From NCBI GenBank assembly GCA_030754595.1, contig JASLZZ010000026.1, positions 1 to 64,000 of the forward strand: 64,000 bases of DNA, given 5' to 3'. The translations under genes were made by a program, and so were the position numbers. The notes beneath the pieces were generated by a model that saw only the letters and a list, made by a program, of their open reading frames with translations, had not been told where the DNA came from and searched no databases. The number at the start of each line of letters is the position of its first letter. Position 1 is the stretch's first letter. This document shows, piece after piece, positions 15,852 to 25,535 of this stretch. The DNA is from Nitrospinota bacterium (GTDB taxonomy: Bacteria; UBA8248).

Positions 15852-18518
15852 TTAGGCCATTTTTTCGATAATACCCGGGAGCGCCGCCAAAGCTTCGTCC
15901 ACTTTTTCGACATCACGGCCACCGGCTTGGGCGAAATCCGGCCGCCCTCCCCCTTTTCCGCCCACCCTGGCGGCCAAATCTTTTACCAAATTTCCCGCAT
16001 GATACCGTCCCGACAAATCCTTCGTAACACCGGCCGCGATCGAAACCTTACCGTCCGAAGCCGAAATGACCACCGCCACACCGCTCTTGAGCTTGCCCTT
16101 TGCGGCATCAATCAGCTCCCTCAAACTTCCGGGTTCGAGCCCATCCCTTCGAATGGCCAGAACCTTTATTCCCCCGATGTCCCGGGCATCTTTTACAAGA
16201 TCACCCACCTCGGTGCGGGATTGCTTCTCCCGTATCTGGCGTAATTCCCGCTCCATCGAACGATTCTGCTCTATCAACCGCCGGACGCGCTCGGCCTCCT
16301 CGGAGGGCGGCGCCTTGGTCATCTCCGCGATCTCGGCGAGAAGATTGTGCTCCCGGCGCACATGTGCAAAGGCGTTCCCGCCCGTTACCGCCTCGATGCG
16401 CCGCACCCCCGAAGCGACGCTGCCCTCGTGGATGATCGAGAAGAGTCCGATATCGCCCGCGGCCCCCGTGTGAGTTCCCCCGCAAAGCTCCTTGCTGAAC
16501 TCTCCGACGGAGACCACCCGCACATCGTCGCCATAGCGCTCGCCAAACAGCGCCGTCGCCCCCGACTCTAGCGCCTTGTCGATGGACATGACCTCGGTGG
16601 AGACCGGGGCGTTCTCGCGAATTCGCTCGTTCACGATGTCATCGATGCGCTCTTTTTCGCGGGGAGTAATCTGGGCGAAGTGCGTAAAATCAAACCGCAG
16701 ATGGCCCCGTGAGAGATGGGAGCCGGCCTGTTTGACGTGATCGCCCAGGACTTCCCGGAGGGCGAACTGGAGGATATGGGTGGCCGTGTGGTTGAGCTGG
16801 AGGTCGCCGCGCCGCTCTGCGTCCAACGCCACCTCGACCACCTGGCCCGTCTTCAGCGTTCCGCGCTCGATCTTGACGCTGTGGACATAGACATCGGGCA
16901 GGGGCTTTTGCGCGTCGATGACCTCGGCCGAGCCCTCCGGCCAGGTGATTCTTCCCCGGTCACCCTCCTGACCGCCCGACTCAGCGTAGAATGGCGTCCG
17001 GTTGAGGACGACCTCCACCTCCACTCCCTCGGAAGCGCTCTGCGCCCGGTCATTGTCAATTACGATGGCCGCGACCTTGGAGCTGGTCTCTATTTTAGAG
17101 TATCCGAGAAATTGGGTAGAGCCGTGGGCCTCCCGGATTTCGTGCCATACCGGGGAGACGCCTTCTTCGCCCGAGCCCTTCCAGTGGGCCCGCGCGCTCT
17201 GGCGCTGCTCCTCCATGGCGCTGTCGAAGGCCGCGCCGTCGATCTCGAGGCCGTGGATGGCCGCCGTCTCTTCGGCCAGGTCGCGGGGATATCCATAGGT
17301 GTCGTGCAGGACAAATACCTCTTCGCCCGGCACCACCGATAACCCAGCGTCCTTCGTCGTTATGCTGAGCTCGTCCATGCGAGGCTGCCCCAGGCTCAAG
17401 GTATGGGCGAAGCGCTCCTCCTCACCCAACGTCACGCGAGCGATGTAGTTGAGGTTCTCCCGAAGCTCGGGGAAGGCATCGCCCATCATGTCCGTGACGA
17501 CACCCGCCGCCCGGTAGAGGAAGAAATCCTCGATTCCGAGCATCCGGCCATGGCGCATGGCCCGCCGGGTGATCCGGCGAAGAACGAAGCCGCGGCCCTC
17601 GTTGCTCGGCAGCACGCCTTCGGCGACGAGGAAGGCGACCGAGCGGATGTGATCCGCGATCACGCGGAAGGATACGTCCGCCGCCGGGTCCGCGCTGTTC
17701 TCCTCTTTTCCGCCATACGATTTTCCGCAAAGCTCCTCGACATGGCGAATTACCGGCATTAGAAGGTCTGTGTGATAATTACTGTTTTCTCCCTGCAGGA
17801 CGGCCGTGAGACGCTCAAGTCCCATCCCGGTGTCCACCGAGGGCTTGGGCAGCGGATTCATCTTGCCGGAGCTATCGCGATCGAATTGCATGAAAACGAG
17901 ATTCCAGAGTTCCAGGTATCTACTACCTTCCTCGTCCTCTCCGCTGCCCGGAGGGCCTCCCGCGATATGATCGCCTTGATCGTAGATTAACTCGGAGCAT
18001 GGCCCGCAGGGTCCCGTATCCCCCATCGCCCAGAAATTATCTTTTTCGCCGCAACGGATAATGCGCTCGGCGGGGACGCCGACAAGTCGCTGCCACAACT
18101 CCCCGGCCTCATCATCCTCGTTGAAGATGGTTATCCAAATCCGAGCCCCGTCCAGCCCGGCCCTGTCCACAAAGAATTCCCACGCGAATTCAATCGCATT
18201 TTCCTTGAAGTAATTGCCGAAAGAAAAATTCCCCAACATCTCGAAAAACGTATGGTGACGGGCGGTTCTGCCGACATTTTCCAGATCGTTATGCTTGCCG
18301 CTGACCCGGAGGCATTTCTGGGAGCTTGTCGCCCGAAGATAATCCCGGCGCTCGAGGCCCGTAAAAATGTCCTTGAATTGAACCATTCCCGCATTGGTGA
18401 AAAGGAGGGTCGGATCGTTGAGGGGAACCAGGGGGGAACTGCGAACGATCCGGTGGTCCTTTTCGGAGAAATAATCCAAAAACATCCTCCGGATTTCGTT
18501 TCCGGTCATTATCGGCAA
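15852..18518 (-). CDS. alaS: Alanine--tRNA ligase
   Basis: DPTLLFTNAGMVQFK, HHTFFEMLGNFSFG, editing motifs HTATH and ELCGGTH, and GGKGGGRPDFAQAGG. Confidence 0.98.
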   Translation of the reverse strand: MPIMTGNEIRRMFLDYFSEKDHRIVRSSPLVPLNDPTLLFTNAGMVQFKDIFTGLERRDYLRATSSQKCLRVSGKHNDLENVGRTARHHTFFEMLGNFSFGNYFKENAIEFAWEFFVDRAGLDGARIWITIFNEDDEAGELWQRLVGVPAERIIRCGEKDNFWAMGDTGPCGPCSELIYDQGDHIAGGPPGSGEDEEGSRYLELWNLVFMQFDRDSSGKMNPLPKPSVDTGMGLERLTAVLQGENSNYHTDLLMPVIRHVEELCGKSYGGKEENSADPAADVSFRVIADHIRSVAFLVAEGVLPSNEGRGFVLRRITRRAMRHGRMLGIEDFFLYRAAGVVTDMMGDAFPELRENLNYIARVTLGEEERFAHTLSLGQPRMDELSITTKDAGLSVVPGEEVFVLHDTYGYPRDLAEETAAIHGLEIDGAAFDSAMEEQRQSARAHWKGSGEEGVSPVWHEIREAHGSTQFLGYSKIETSSKVAAIVIDNDRAQSASEGVEVEVVLNRTPFYAESGGQEGDRGRITWPEGSAEVIDAQKPLPDVYVHSVKIERGTLKTGQVVEVALDAERRGDLQLNHTATHILQFALREVLGDHVKQAGSHLSRGHLRFDFTHFAQITPREKERIDDIVNERIRENAPVSTEVMSIDKALESGATALFGERYGDDVRVVSVGEFSKELCGGTHTGAAGDIGLFSIIHEGSVASGVRRIEAVTGGNAFAHVRREHNLLAEIAEMTKAPPSEEAERVRRLIEQNRSMERELRQIREKQSRTEVGDLVKDARDIGGIKVLAIRRDGLEPGSLRELIDAAKGKLKSGVAVVISASDGKVSIAAGVTKDLSGRYHAGNLVKDLAARVGGKGGGRPDFAQAGGRDVEKVDEALAALPGIIEKMA

Positions 18519-18555
18519 CCCCTTCCCGGATTTTCAGCGAACATCGCACCCACCA

Positions 18556-19050
18556 CTAATTTTTCCGCTTTGTGCGGTTTTTCTTTTCAGGCCGCGACAC
18601 TTTTGTATCTTCCACGATAATTATCTCGCCGCCCAAATCGATGACCCGCTTACCGCGGCGGAGAATCACCTTATCCTGAAACGCGCCTCCGTAAACGATT
18701 ACCTCATCCTTCGCGCTCAAGACTTCGACGGATTCCGGGTTTTCATTCAGGACCCCGGTTCTCGGTTCCGGCATTTCCTTGTAAATTTCAATGCAGGCCC
18801 CTTGCCCTTTTGAATTCGTGGACCGGATCTCCCAACCCGGCATGACAAAATCGGGGCCCCGCTTCCGGTTTCGTTTGTCCATATAACGAATCCGCAAACC
18901 CTCCGGTGTCCGGTCGGTGCGGATCCCGCCTTCGGGGTTACACAGGTGAAGATGAGGAGCCTTCTGGGCCGCTTTTAGCTTCGGCGCCATCAGCACCCCG
19001 AAAACCGTTGCAACGAGAGCGATCAAAACCACGAACTCTCTCGTACGCAC
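18556..19050 (-). CDS. Hypothetical exported or membrane-anchored protein
   Basis: N-terminal hydrophobic helix; tightly packed between the mutase gene and alaS. Confidence 0.6.
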   Translation of the reverse strand: MRTREFVVLIALVATVFGVLMAPKLKAAQKAPHLHLCNPEGGIRTDRTPEGLRIRYMDKRNRKRGPDFVMPGWEIRSTNSKGQGACIEIYKEMPEPRTGVLNENPESVEVLSAKDEVIVYGGAFQDKVILRRGKRVIDLGGEIIIVEDTKVSRPEKKNRTKRKN

Positions 19051-19052
19051 AC

Positions 19053-20711
19053 CTATATTTCCACTTTTTCCCTGTAAACACCGAACACCGAGCGCAAGAC
19101 ATCGGCAATTTCACCCACCGTAGCGTATACCCTTACCGCCTCGAGTATGGGCGGGAGCAAATTCCCCTCCCCGCGCGCCGCATCGCGGACGGCCTCCAGA
19201 CTGGCCGAGACTGCGCTTGAATCCCGCTTTTTCCGAAGAACCTCAAGCCGCTTCCTTTGTTCTTGTTCAACTTCGGGGCGGACATGGAGGGTGGAAATGG
19301 ATATATCCTCCTCGCCCGGATACCGGTTTACGCCCACGACCACACTCCTTCCCTCATCCACGGCAAGCTGGGCTCGGTAGGCGCTCTCCTGGATTTGGCG
19401 CTGCACCCAGCCCTTTTCGACGGCTTGCAGCATGCCTCCCATTTCATCGATCCGGGAAATGATATCCATAGCCTCTCGCTCGATTTCATTTGTCAGCGAT
19501 TCAATGGCATATGACCCGGCGCAGGGATCCACCGTTTCGGTCAAATTGCTCTCGTCGGCGATAATCTGCTGGGTCCTGAGAGCGAGCCTGACGGACTCCT
19601 CGGTGGGAAGAGCGAGCGCTTCGTCCATCGAGTTCGTATGCAGCGATTGCGCCCCGCCGAGAACCGCCGCCATGGCTTGAATTGCCACGCGGACGACATT
19701 GTTCCGGGGTTGTTGGGCCGTGAGTGAACTTCCCGCCGTCTGCGCGTGAAACCGGAGCATACAGGCTTTATCGGATTTCGCTCCGAACCGCTCCCGCATG
19801 ATTCTCGCCCATAGCCGCCGGGCGGCGCGGAACTTGGCGATCTCCTCGAGGAAATTATTATGCACATTGAAAAAGAAAGAAATCTGACCGCCAATTTCAT
19901 CGACATCGAGACCCGAGTCCACGACCGCCTGAACGTAGGAAATGCCGTTGGCCAGGGTGAACGCTGTCTCCTGGACGGCTGTCGATCCCGCCTCCCGTAT
20001 ATGATAGCCGCTAACCGATATCGCATTCCATTTGGGAAGGCGGTCCCGGCAGAACGCAATGGTGTCGGTGATGAGGCGAATACTCGGTGAGAGAGGAAAG
20101 ATATAGGTTCCCCGGGCGACGTACTCCTTGAGAACATCGTTTTGGATAGTCCCCCTAAGAGCCTCGGCGGGAGTTCCTCTTTTCTCCGCGACCGCCAGAT
20201 AGAGGCACAACAGGATCGGCGCCGTGGCGTTTATGGTCATCGATGTGGATATTTTATCGAGCGGCAACCCCTCGAGGAGGGATTCCATGTCCTCGAGCGA
20301 GCAGATGGATACGCCAACCTTGCCCACCTCTCCATAAGAAAGGGAGTGATCGGCGTCAAAGCCGATTTGAGTGGGCAAATCGAAGGCCACCGACAGCCCC
20401 ATCTGCCCCTGGGAGAGCAGATAATGAAACCGCTTGTTGGTTTCATGTGCCGTGCCGAAACCGGCGTACTGCCGCATGGTCCAAAAACGCCGCCGGTACA
20501 TACCGGGGTAAATTCCCCGGACGAACGGAAAGGCGCCGGGCGCTTCGTCACCGGCGCAGGCATCCGCGGAAATATCCGCCGGGCCGTAAAACGGTTTCAT
20601 GGAAAATTCCGGCGAGGAGGACATGCCCTCCCACCTCTCCGGCCCATGAGCTTCAACCGCACCGTTCCCCCTCCAAGGGCGATCTCGTTGACTTGCGCCC
20701 GGCTCAACCAC
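19053..20711 (-). CDS. Methylmalonyl-CoA mutase, substrate-binding (large) subunit of a split enzyme
   Basis: [41 protein letters not shown] and QSLHTN. No C-terminal B12-binding domain. Confidence 0.92.
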   Translation of the reverse strand: MVEPGASQRDRPWRGNGAVEAHGPERWEGMSSSPEFSMKPFYGPADISADACAGDEAPGAFPFVRGIYPGMYRRRFWTMRQYAGFGTAHETNKRFHYLLSQGQMGLSVAFDLPTQIGFDADHSLSYGEVGKVGVSICSLEDMESLLEGLPLDKISTSMTINATAPILLCLYLAVAEKRGTPAEALRGTIQNDVLKEYVARGTYIFPLSPSIRLITDTIAFCRDRLPKWNAISVSGYHIREAGSTAVQETAFTLANGISYVQAVVDSGLDVDEIGGQISFFFNVHNNFLEEIAKFRAARRLWARIMRERFGAKSDKACMLRFHAQTAGSSLTAQQPRNNVVRVAIQAMAAVLGGAQSLHTNSMDEALALPTEESVRLALRTQQIIADESNLTETVDPCAGSYAIESLTNEIEREAMDIISRIDEMGGMLQAVEKGWVQRQIQESAYRAQLAVDEGRSVVVGVNRYPGEEDISISTLHVRPEVEQEQRKRLEVLRKKRDSSAVSASLEAVRDAARGEGNLLPPILEAVRVYATVGEIADVLRSVFGVYREKVEI

Positions 20712-20890
20712 AATGCCGCCCTCTGACTGGATTCACCCGAAAAACCGCGGAAAACGCATTATCTAGCTTCCAGGAAAGAAATTTCCCCTCTGGAAAAAAT
20801 ATCACACTCCCCCACCCCCTGCCAGTTCCGGAGGGGGGCGGAAGTCAAAAAACAATTTTAAATTCAATGGGTTCGGGATAAAATACCCCC

Positions 20891-21502
20891 ATGGACACCA
20901 ATTTTCTTCCACTATTTCCGTTGCGAGTCGTCCTCCTGCCCGGGGAGTTCCTTCCTCTTCATATTTTTGAGGAGCGCTACAAGCTGATGATCGGACAATG
21001 CCGCGAGGAAGATCGCCCCTTCGGCGTTGTGCTTGCCGATGAGAAAGGCGTTCGAAACTTCGGCTGCTCGGCGCGAATCGTCAAGGTCATGGAGGAATTC
21101 CCGGACGGCCGGATGAATATTCTCACACGGGGAGAGGGCAGGTTCCGTATTCTCCACACCAACGATGATCGGCCCTATCTGACAGCCGATGTTGAATTTT
21201 TCGATGACCGGCCGGAGGATGCCCCTTCCGCCATACTGACGAAAAAAATTCTGGCCTTTCTGCCGGAACACCGAAAAGATGCGGGCCCAATTTCAGATGA
21301 CATTCAAAACGACCCGAAGAGATTGTCTTTTTGGGCCGGCGCATCACTGCGCCCGGAACTGGAGGACAAACAAGTCCTCCTCGAATCGAAATCCACGAGC
21401 GAACGACTGGCCGAACTCGTCCGGATTATCGAAGAAACACGAAAAAAGGAAAAACGAATGGACCGACTCAGGCAGTTCTCACCGAAAAACGGTCATCCCT
21501 GA
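20891..21502 (+). CDS. LON peptidase substrate-binding-domain protein
   Basis: LPLFPLRVVLLPGEFLPLHIFEERYKLMI, PDGRMNI and KQVLLE. Confidence 0.88.
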   Translation: MDTNFLPLFPLRVVLLPGEFLPLHIFEERYKLMIGQCREEDRPFGVVLADEKGVRNFGCSARIVKVMEEFPDGRMNILTRGEGRFRILHTNDDRPYLTADVEFFDDRPEDAPSAILTKKILAFLPEHRKDAGPISDDIQNDPKRLSFWAGASLRPELEDKQVLLESKSTSERLAELVRIIEETRKKEKRMDRLRQFSPKNGHP

Positions 21503-21528
21503 TTTGGATTTTTTAGACCGGCATTTTT

Positions 21529-22314
21529 TCAGGAACCGGTTTCCTGAATCGAAATTCTTTCGATGGATAACGCGCGCCCGTTTTCGGGATTGACTTCCAC
21601 AACGACTCCGTTTATCTGGCCTTTTCCTCCGGAAACCTCGAACCGGCAAGGAACGCCCGTAAGAAATTTTCCGACGGCGAGCGATATTTTGATGCCAATG
21701 ACCGAATCAACGGGACCCGTCATGCCAGCATCGGAAAGATAGGCCGTACCACCCGGAAGCACCCTTTCGTCCGCTGTCTGGATGTGGGTATGCGTTCCTA
21801 CAACCGCGCTGACCCTACCGTCCAGATGCCATCCCAACGCGACTTTTTCACTCGTGGCCTCGGCATGAAAATCGACAAATATCATCCGTATATCGGAATC
21901 GAGCTCGTCAATCAGCCTGTCGGCCTCCCGAAACGGACATTCCACCGGAGGCATGAAGACCCGCCCCATCAGGTTAACGACCGCTACGGGACCTTCGGGC
22001 GCCTTGACCACGAAAAGACCCGCTCCCGGTGTACTCGAAGGATAATTCGCGGGCCGAAGGAGACGGGGCTCGCGGAGCATGAATTCCCTGGCTTCCTTGC
22101 GATTCCAGATGTGATTTCCGGATGTGAGAACGTCCGCCCCGGACTGGAAAAACTCCTCGGCATTTTCAATCGATATGCCGAATCCGCCTGCGGCGTTTTC
22201 TCCGTTGACGATGCACAGGCTCGTCCGATGCTCCTCGATAAGCGCCGGAAGGTGGGCCGCCAACATCCTCCGGCCCACTTTGCCCGTTATATCCCCGATG
22301 AAAAGAATTTTCAC
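21529..22314 (-). CDS. ymdB: YmdB-family (TIGR00282) metallophosphoesterase
   Basis: ILFIGDI, NGENAAGG, TSGNH, DFHAEATSEK and GTHTH; follows rny. Confidence 0.93.
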   Translation of the reverse strand: MKILFIGDITGKVGRRMLAAHLPALIEEHRTSLCIVNGENAAGGFGISIENAEEFFQSGADVLTSGNHIWNRKEAREFMLREPRLLRPANYPSSTPGAGLFVVKAPEGPVAVVNLMGRVFMPPVECPFREADRLIDELDSDIRMIFVDFHAEATSEKVALGWHLDGRVSAVVGTHTHIQTADERVLPGGTAYLSDAGMTGPVDSVIGIKISLAVGKFLTGVPCRFEVSGGKGQINGVVVEVNPENGRALSIERISIQETGS

Positions 22315-22321
22315 GTCTGAC

Positions 22322-23902
22322 TTACCGTGCCGTTGCGGTGTGGCGAGTCTCCCGAATCACCGTAACCAGAATTTCGCCCGGATATGTCCTTTCCTCCTCG
22401 ATACGCTTGACGATATCCCGCGCCAGGAAAGAAGCCTGGGCATCGGTGATCTCGTCCGGCGTAACGGCCACCCGAATCTCCCGCCCCGCCTGGATGGCAT
22501 AGCATTTTTCAACGCCCTTGAAGGATTCAGCGATGCTCTCAAGCGCTTCGAGCCGCTTGATATAACTCTGGACCATTTCCCGCCGGGCGCCGGGGCGAGC
22601 CGCGGACAGTGTATCCGCCGCCTTCACCAGAACCGATTCGATACAGTTCGCCTCTTCATCCTCATGGTGAGAGGCAATGGCGTTAATCACCTCGGGTGTC
22701 TCGTTGTAGCGCTTGCAGATATCCATGCCTATCTGGACATGAGAACCCTCGATTTCATGCGTGGACGCCTTGCCGATATCGTGGAGCAAACCGGCCCTCT
22801 TCGCCATCGTCGGATCGATTCGCAGTTCGGATGCCAGCATTCCGGATAAATGCGCCACCTCAAGGGAATGCTTCAGGGTGTTTTGGCGGTAACTGGTCCG
22901 GTAATGAAGGCGCCCCACCAGTCTCACGAGATCCGGGTGGATTCCCTCCAGTCCCATCTCGAAGACGGCTTGCTCCCCCGCTTCCCTGATCCTGTTCTCG
23001 ATTTCCTTCTTGTTTTTCTTGACAACATCCTCTATCCGGCCCGGATGGATTCTCCCGTCCAGGATCAGGGACTCCAGTGAAAGCCTCGCCGTTTCCCGGC
23101 GCACGTTGTCAAAACAGGAAATCACAACCGCCTCGGGCGTATCGTCGATAATAACGTCGACGCCGGTGGCCATCTCGAGCGCCCTGATATTGCGGCCCTC
23201 CCGGCCGATGATCCGGCCTTTCATTTCGTCTGAGGGAAGGTCCAGCACACTCACCACGCTCTCGGCGATGTGATCGTTGGAATACCGCTCGACGGCCAGC
23301 GCCACGGCTTTTACGGCATCGCTCTGGACATTTTCCTTGGCCTTTTGTTCCATGCGCTGAATCTCGGCGGCGACATCTTGCCTGGCCTCCTCGAGAAACT
23401 TGTCCATGAGCTTTTTTTTGGCTAATTCTGAGGTCATTCCGGCGACTTCCTCAAGCTTGCGGACTGCCTCGTCCTGAAGCTCTTTATACTGCTCCTCTTC
23501 TTTCTTGATCTTTTCTTCTCTTTCTCCCAGGCGCTCCTCGCGCCGCTCCAGAGCGCCTTCCTTCGAATCGAGCGATTCCCTGCGCTTATCGAGGGTCTCC
23601 TCCCGCTGGTTGATGCGTTGCTCTACCCTTTGCACTTCCTCCATCCGGGATTCGTTTTGGCGCTCCAAATCTTCCCGCTGCCGGATAAGTTCGGCTTTTT
23701 GCGCGACTTCAGCTTCCTTCAGGCCGCGCGCCAATTCTTTTTCGGATGCGGCTTCGATTTGTCTGATTTGCTCATCAAACCCGGATTGGGTCCGGGCGAT
23801 TTCCGCGGCTGCTCTTTTCTTCACAAAAAAGAACACAACCAGGGCCGCTATTACTGCTCCAACAGCTCCCGCTGTGAGTTCCACTATTGAAATGGCGTTC
23901 AT
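22322..23902 (-). CDS. rny: Ribonuclease Y
   Basis: TM anchor, coiled coil, KH motif [14 protein letters not shown] and HD motif [10 protein letters not shown] 23902 has an AGGAG SD. Confidence 0.96.
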   Translation of the reverse strand: MNAISIVELTAGAVGAVIAALVVFFFVKKRAAAEIARTQSGFDEQIRQIEAASEKELARGLKEAEVAQKAELIRQREDLERQNESRMEEVQRVEQRINQREETLDKRRESLDSKEGALERREERLGEREEKIKKEEEQYKELQDEAVRKLEEVAGMTSELAKKKLMDKFLEEARQDVAAEIQRMEQKAKENVQSDAVKAVALAVERYSNDHIAESVVSVLDLPSDEMKGRIIGREGRNIRALEMATGVDVIIDDTPEAVVISCFDNVRRETARLSLESLILDGRIHPGRIEDVVKKNKKEIENRIREAGEQAVFEMGLEGIHPDLVRLVGRLHYRTSYRQNTLKHSLEVAHLSGMLASELRIDPTMAKRAGLLHDIGKASTHEIEGSHVQIGMDICKRYNETPEVINAIASHHEDEEANCIESVLVKAADTLSAARPGARREMVQSYIKRLEALESIAESFKGVEKCYAIQAGREIRVAVTPDEITDAQASFLARDIVKRIEEERTYPGEILVTVIRETRHTATAR

Positions 23903-23912
23903 TGAAGTACTC

Positions 23913-24533
23913 CTAGGTATAGGAACACGGGAGGCATCGTACACACTCCCGATTAGTGACAACCCAATCCATCAAAACATCATATGATTCCACCGGGAGG
24001 GGGACGTCCCACTCCAGTTGAAACATAAACCCGACACCAACGAGCCAGGGGCGAGCTTTCAACGGTCCGAACATGCGATCATAAAATCCCGCCCCGAAGC
24101 CAACACGACCGCCGAACACATCAAATGCCAGTCCGGGCACCAGAACTACTTCAAGCGCGGATGGAGATTCGAAAGGAGCACAAGAAGGTGGGGCGGGTAT
24201 TCCGAGTGCCCCCGGCCTCAGATCCTCGCCGGGATTCACGGCCACATGAAAAGTCATGTGGTTTTCCGAAATGCGCGGGAAATAAAAACTTCTGGCCCTG
24301 GGCTTTTCACCCTCCCAGAGCCCGGCAAGATCTACTTCTCCCTTTACCGGCGCATATACGCCGATTGATCTCGCACCCAGCGTAGCGAGCAGCCCATCCA
24401 GCCGGCTGCACGTTAGTTGACTCCACCTCCGGTGATCTTCCTGAGTGAGTGAGCGGCGCAAACCGCTCGTTTTTCTCCGCCAACGCTTCTTCAGTGCCTG
24501 GCGATCTTCCCTGGGAAACCCCTCCAATTTCAT
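23913..24533 (-). CDS. 5-formyltetrahydrofolate cyclo-ligase
   Basis: LVPGLAFD and [12 protein letters not shown]; downstream of 6S RNA as is typical. Start uncertain (24533 or 24581). Confidence 0.9.
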   Translation of the reverse strand: MKLEGFPREDRQALKKRWRRKTSGLRRSLTQEDHRRWSQLTCSRLDGLLATLGARSIGVYAPVKGEVDLAGLWEGEKPRARSFYFPRISENHMTFHVAVNPGEDLRPGALGIPAPPSCAPFESPSALEVVLVPGLAFDVFGGRVGFGAGFYDRMFGPLKARPWLVGVGFMFQLEWDVPLPVESYDVLMDWVVTNRECVRCLPCSYT

Positions 24534-24615
24534 CTCCAAAAGTCCATCTGAATCGATGGACAATCCCGCCCCCCGCCCCACCTTGAATTCATGTGAGGCG
24601 CAGGAGGGAATCTAA

Positions 24616-24793
24616 GTGCCCCGCAGGAATGCCGTGTGCCGAGAGCGTTCGATCCCCAGCATTTGCTAGGTGGGCGCCGAGCCCGCAACTTTAGGCTGAC
24701 TCGCGAGGAGTAGCTCACCACCGCAGGGGAAGGCTCCCGGATCAAAGATACTGGGTCAAAATGCCCATCAACATCACGTACACCGCAGGGCAA
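24616..24793 (-). ncRNA. ssrS: 6S RNA
   Basis: About 180 nt between zapA and 5-FCL (conserved synteny). The minus-strand 5' GCCCTGCGGTGTACGTG can pair with 3' CACGGCATTCCTGCGGGGC, and internal GGGAGCC and CGCCCACC segments are present. Ends approximate. Confidence 0.85.
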
Positions 24794-24865
24794 AACGCAT
24801 ACCGGCACATAGTATGCCATCAAACCGGGGGGTTGGGTACTTACCGGGGAAACGGGGGCAGGGTA

Positions 24866-25141
24866 TTAAATAGCCTTTTCAAGCATTTCGATAAGGGAAT
24901 CGGCCCTCTGGGACAGCGCATTATCGGATTCTTCCTGGGCCTTTCTCTCCTCAAAAAGCTCATTCGCAATGTTCATCGACGCCAGGAGAGCGACTTTGAG
25001 CGGATCATTGCTCTGACTCGCCACCTTTCGAACCTGCCCATCCACGAACTCGGCGAGCTTTGCCGCATATTCCGGATCGGCGGAGCTTTTGAGATTTAAT
25101 AGCTGTCCAAAAATTTCGACCATGATTTTTTGCGGGGCCAT
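24866..25141 (-). CDS. zapA: Cell division protein ZapA
   Basis: VEIFGQ, LAEFVDGQV and VALLASMNIANELF. Confidence 0.88.
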   Translation of the reverse strand: MAPQKIMVEIFGQLLNLKSSADPEYAAKLAEFVDGQVRKVASQSNDPLKVALLASMNIANELFEERKAQEESDNALSQRADSLIEMLEKAI

Positions 25142-25186
25142 TGCCCTTTCCTTTCCTGGCGGGACACCGAGCCTCTCAAAGGTCCC

Positions 25187-25447
25187 CTATTCGCTAGGCA
25201 AATGATTAAGAATGCGTTCCACCCGGTCACGCACTTCGTTCCGTTCGTCCTGGAGACGGGTGTTTTCCTCGCGGAGCTTGGCGATCTCCTCATCGCGCCC
25301 GTTCACCGTCTCCGACGCCGAAAGCGCCTCGGAACGCGCCTGCTCAACCTGGGATTGCAAATCCGAGCGAGATTGCCTCAGATCCCCCAACTCCCCAAGT
25401 ACGCTTTTCAAGGATGTCTCAAGGGTTTCGAGTTTTTCGATAACCAT
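25187..25447 (-). CDS. ZapB-like coiled-coil protein
   Basis: 86-aa all coiled-coil ending in ERNEVRDRVERIL; directly upstream of zapA. Confidence 0.7.
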   Translation of the reverse strand: MVIEKLETLETSLKSVLGELGDLRQSRSDLQSQVEQARSEALSASETVNGRDEEIAKLREENTRLQDERNEVRDRVERILNHLPSE

Positions 25448-25495
25448 TAGAGGATTCTTTCCAAAGGGCGATAATGGGAAATAAGATATATTCCT

Positions 25496-25525
25496 ATTCT
25501 AGAATCTGTTGAGGGATACCGTCAA
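25496..25525 (-). promoter_or_regulatory. Sigma70-type promoter candidate for zapB-zapA
   Basis: TTGACG-N18-TAGAAT on the minus strand. Confidence 0.5.
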
Positions 25526-25535
25526 GAAAAACCCT

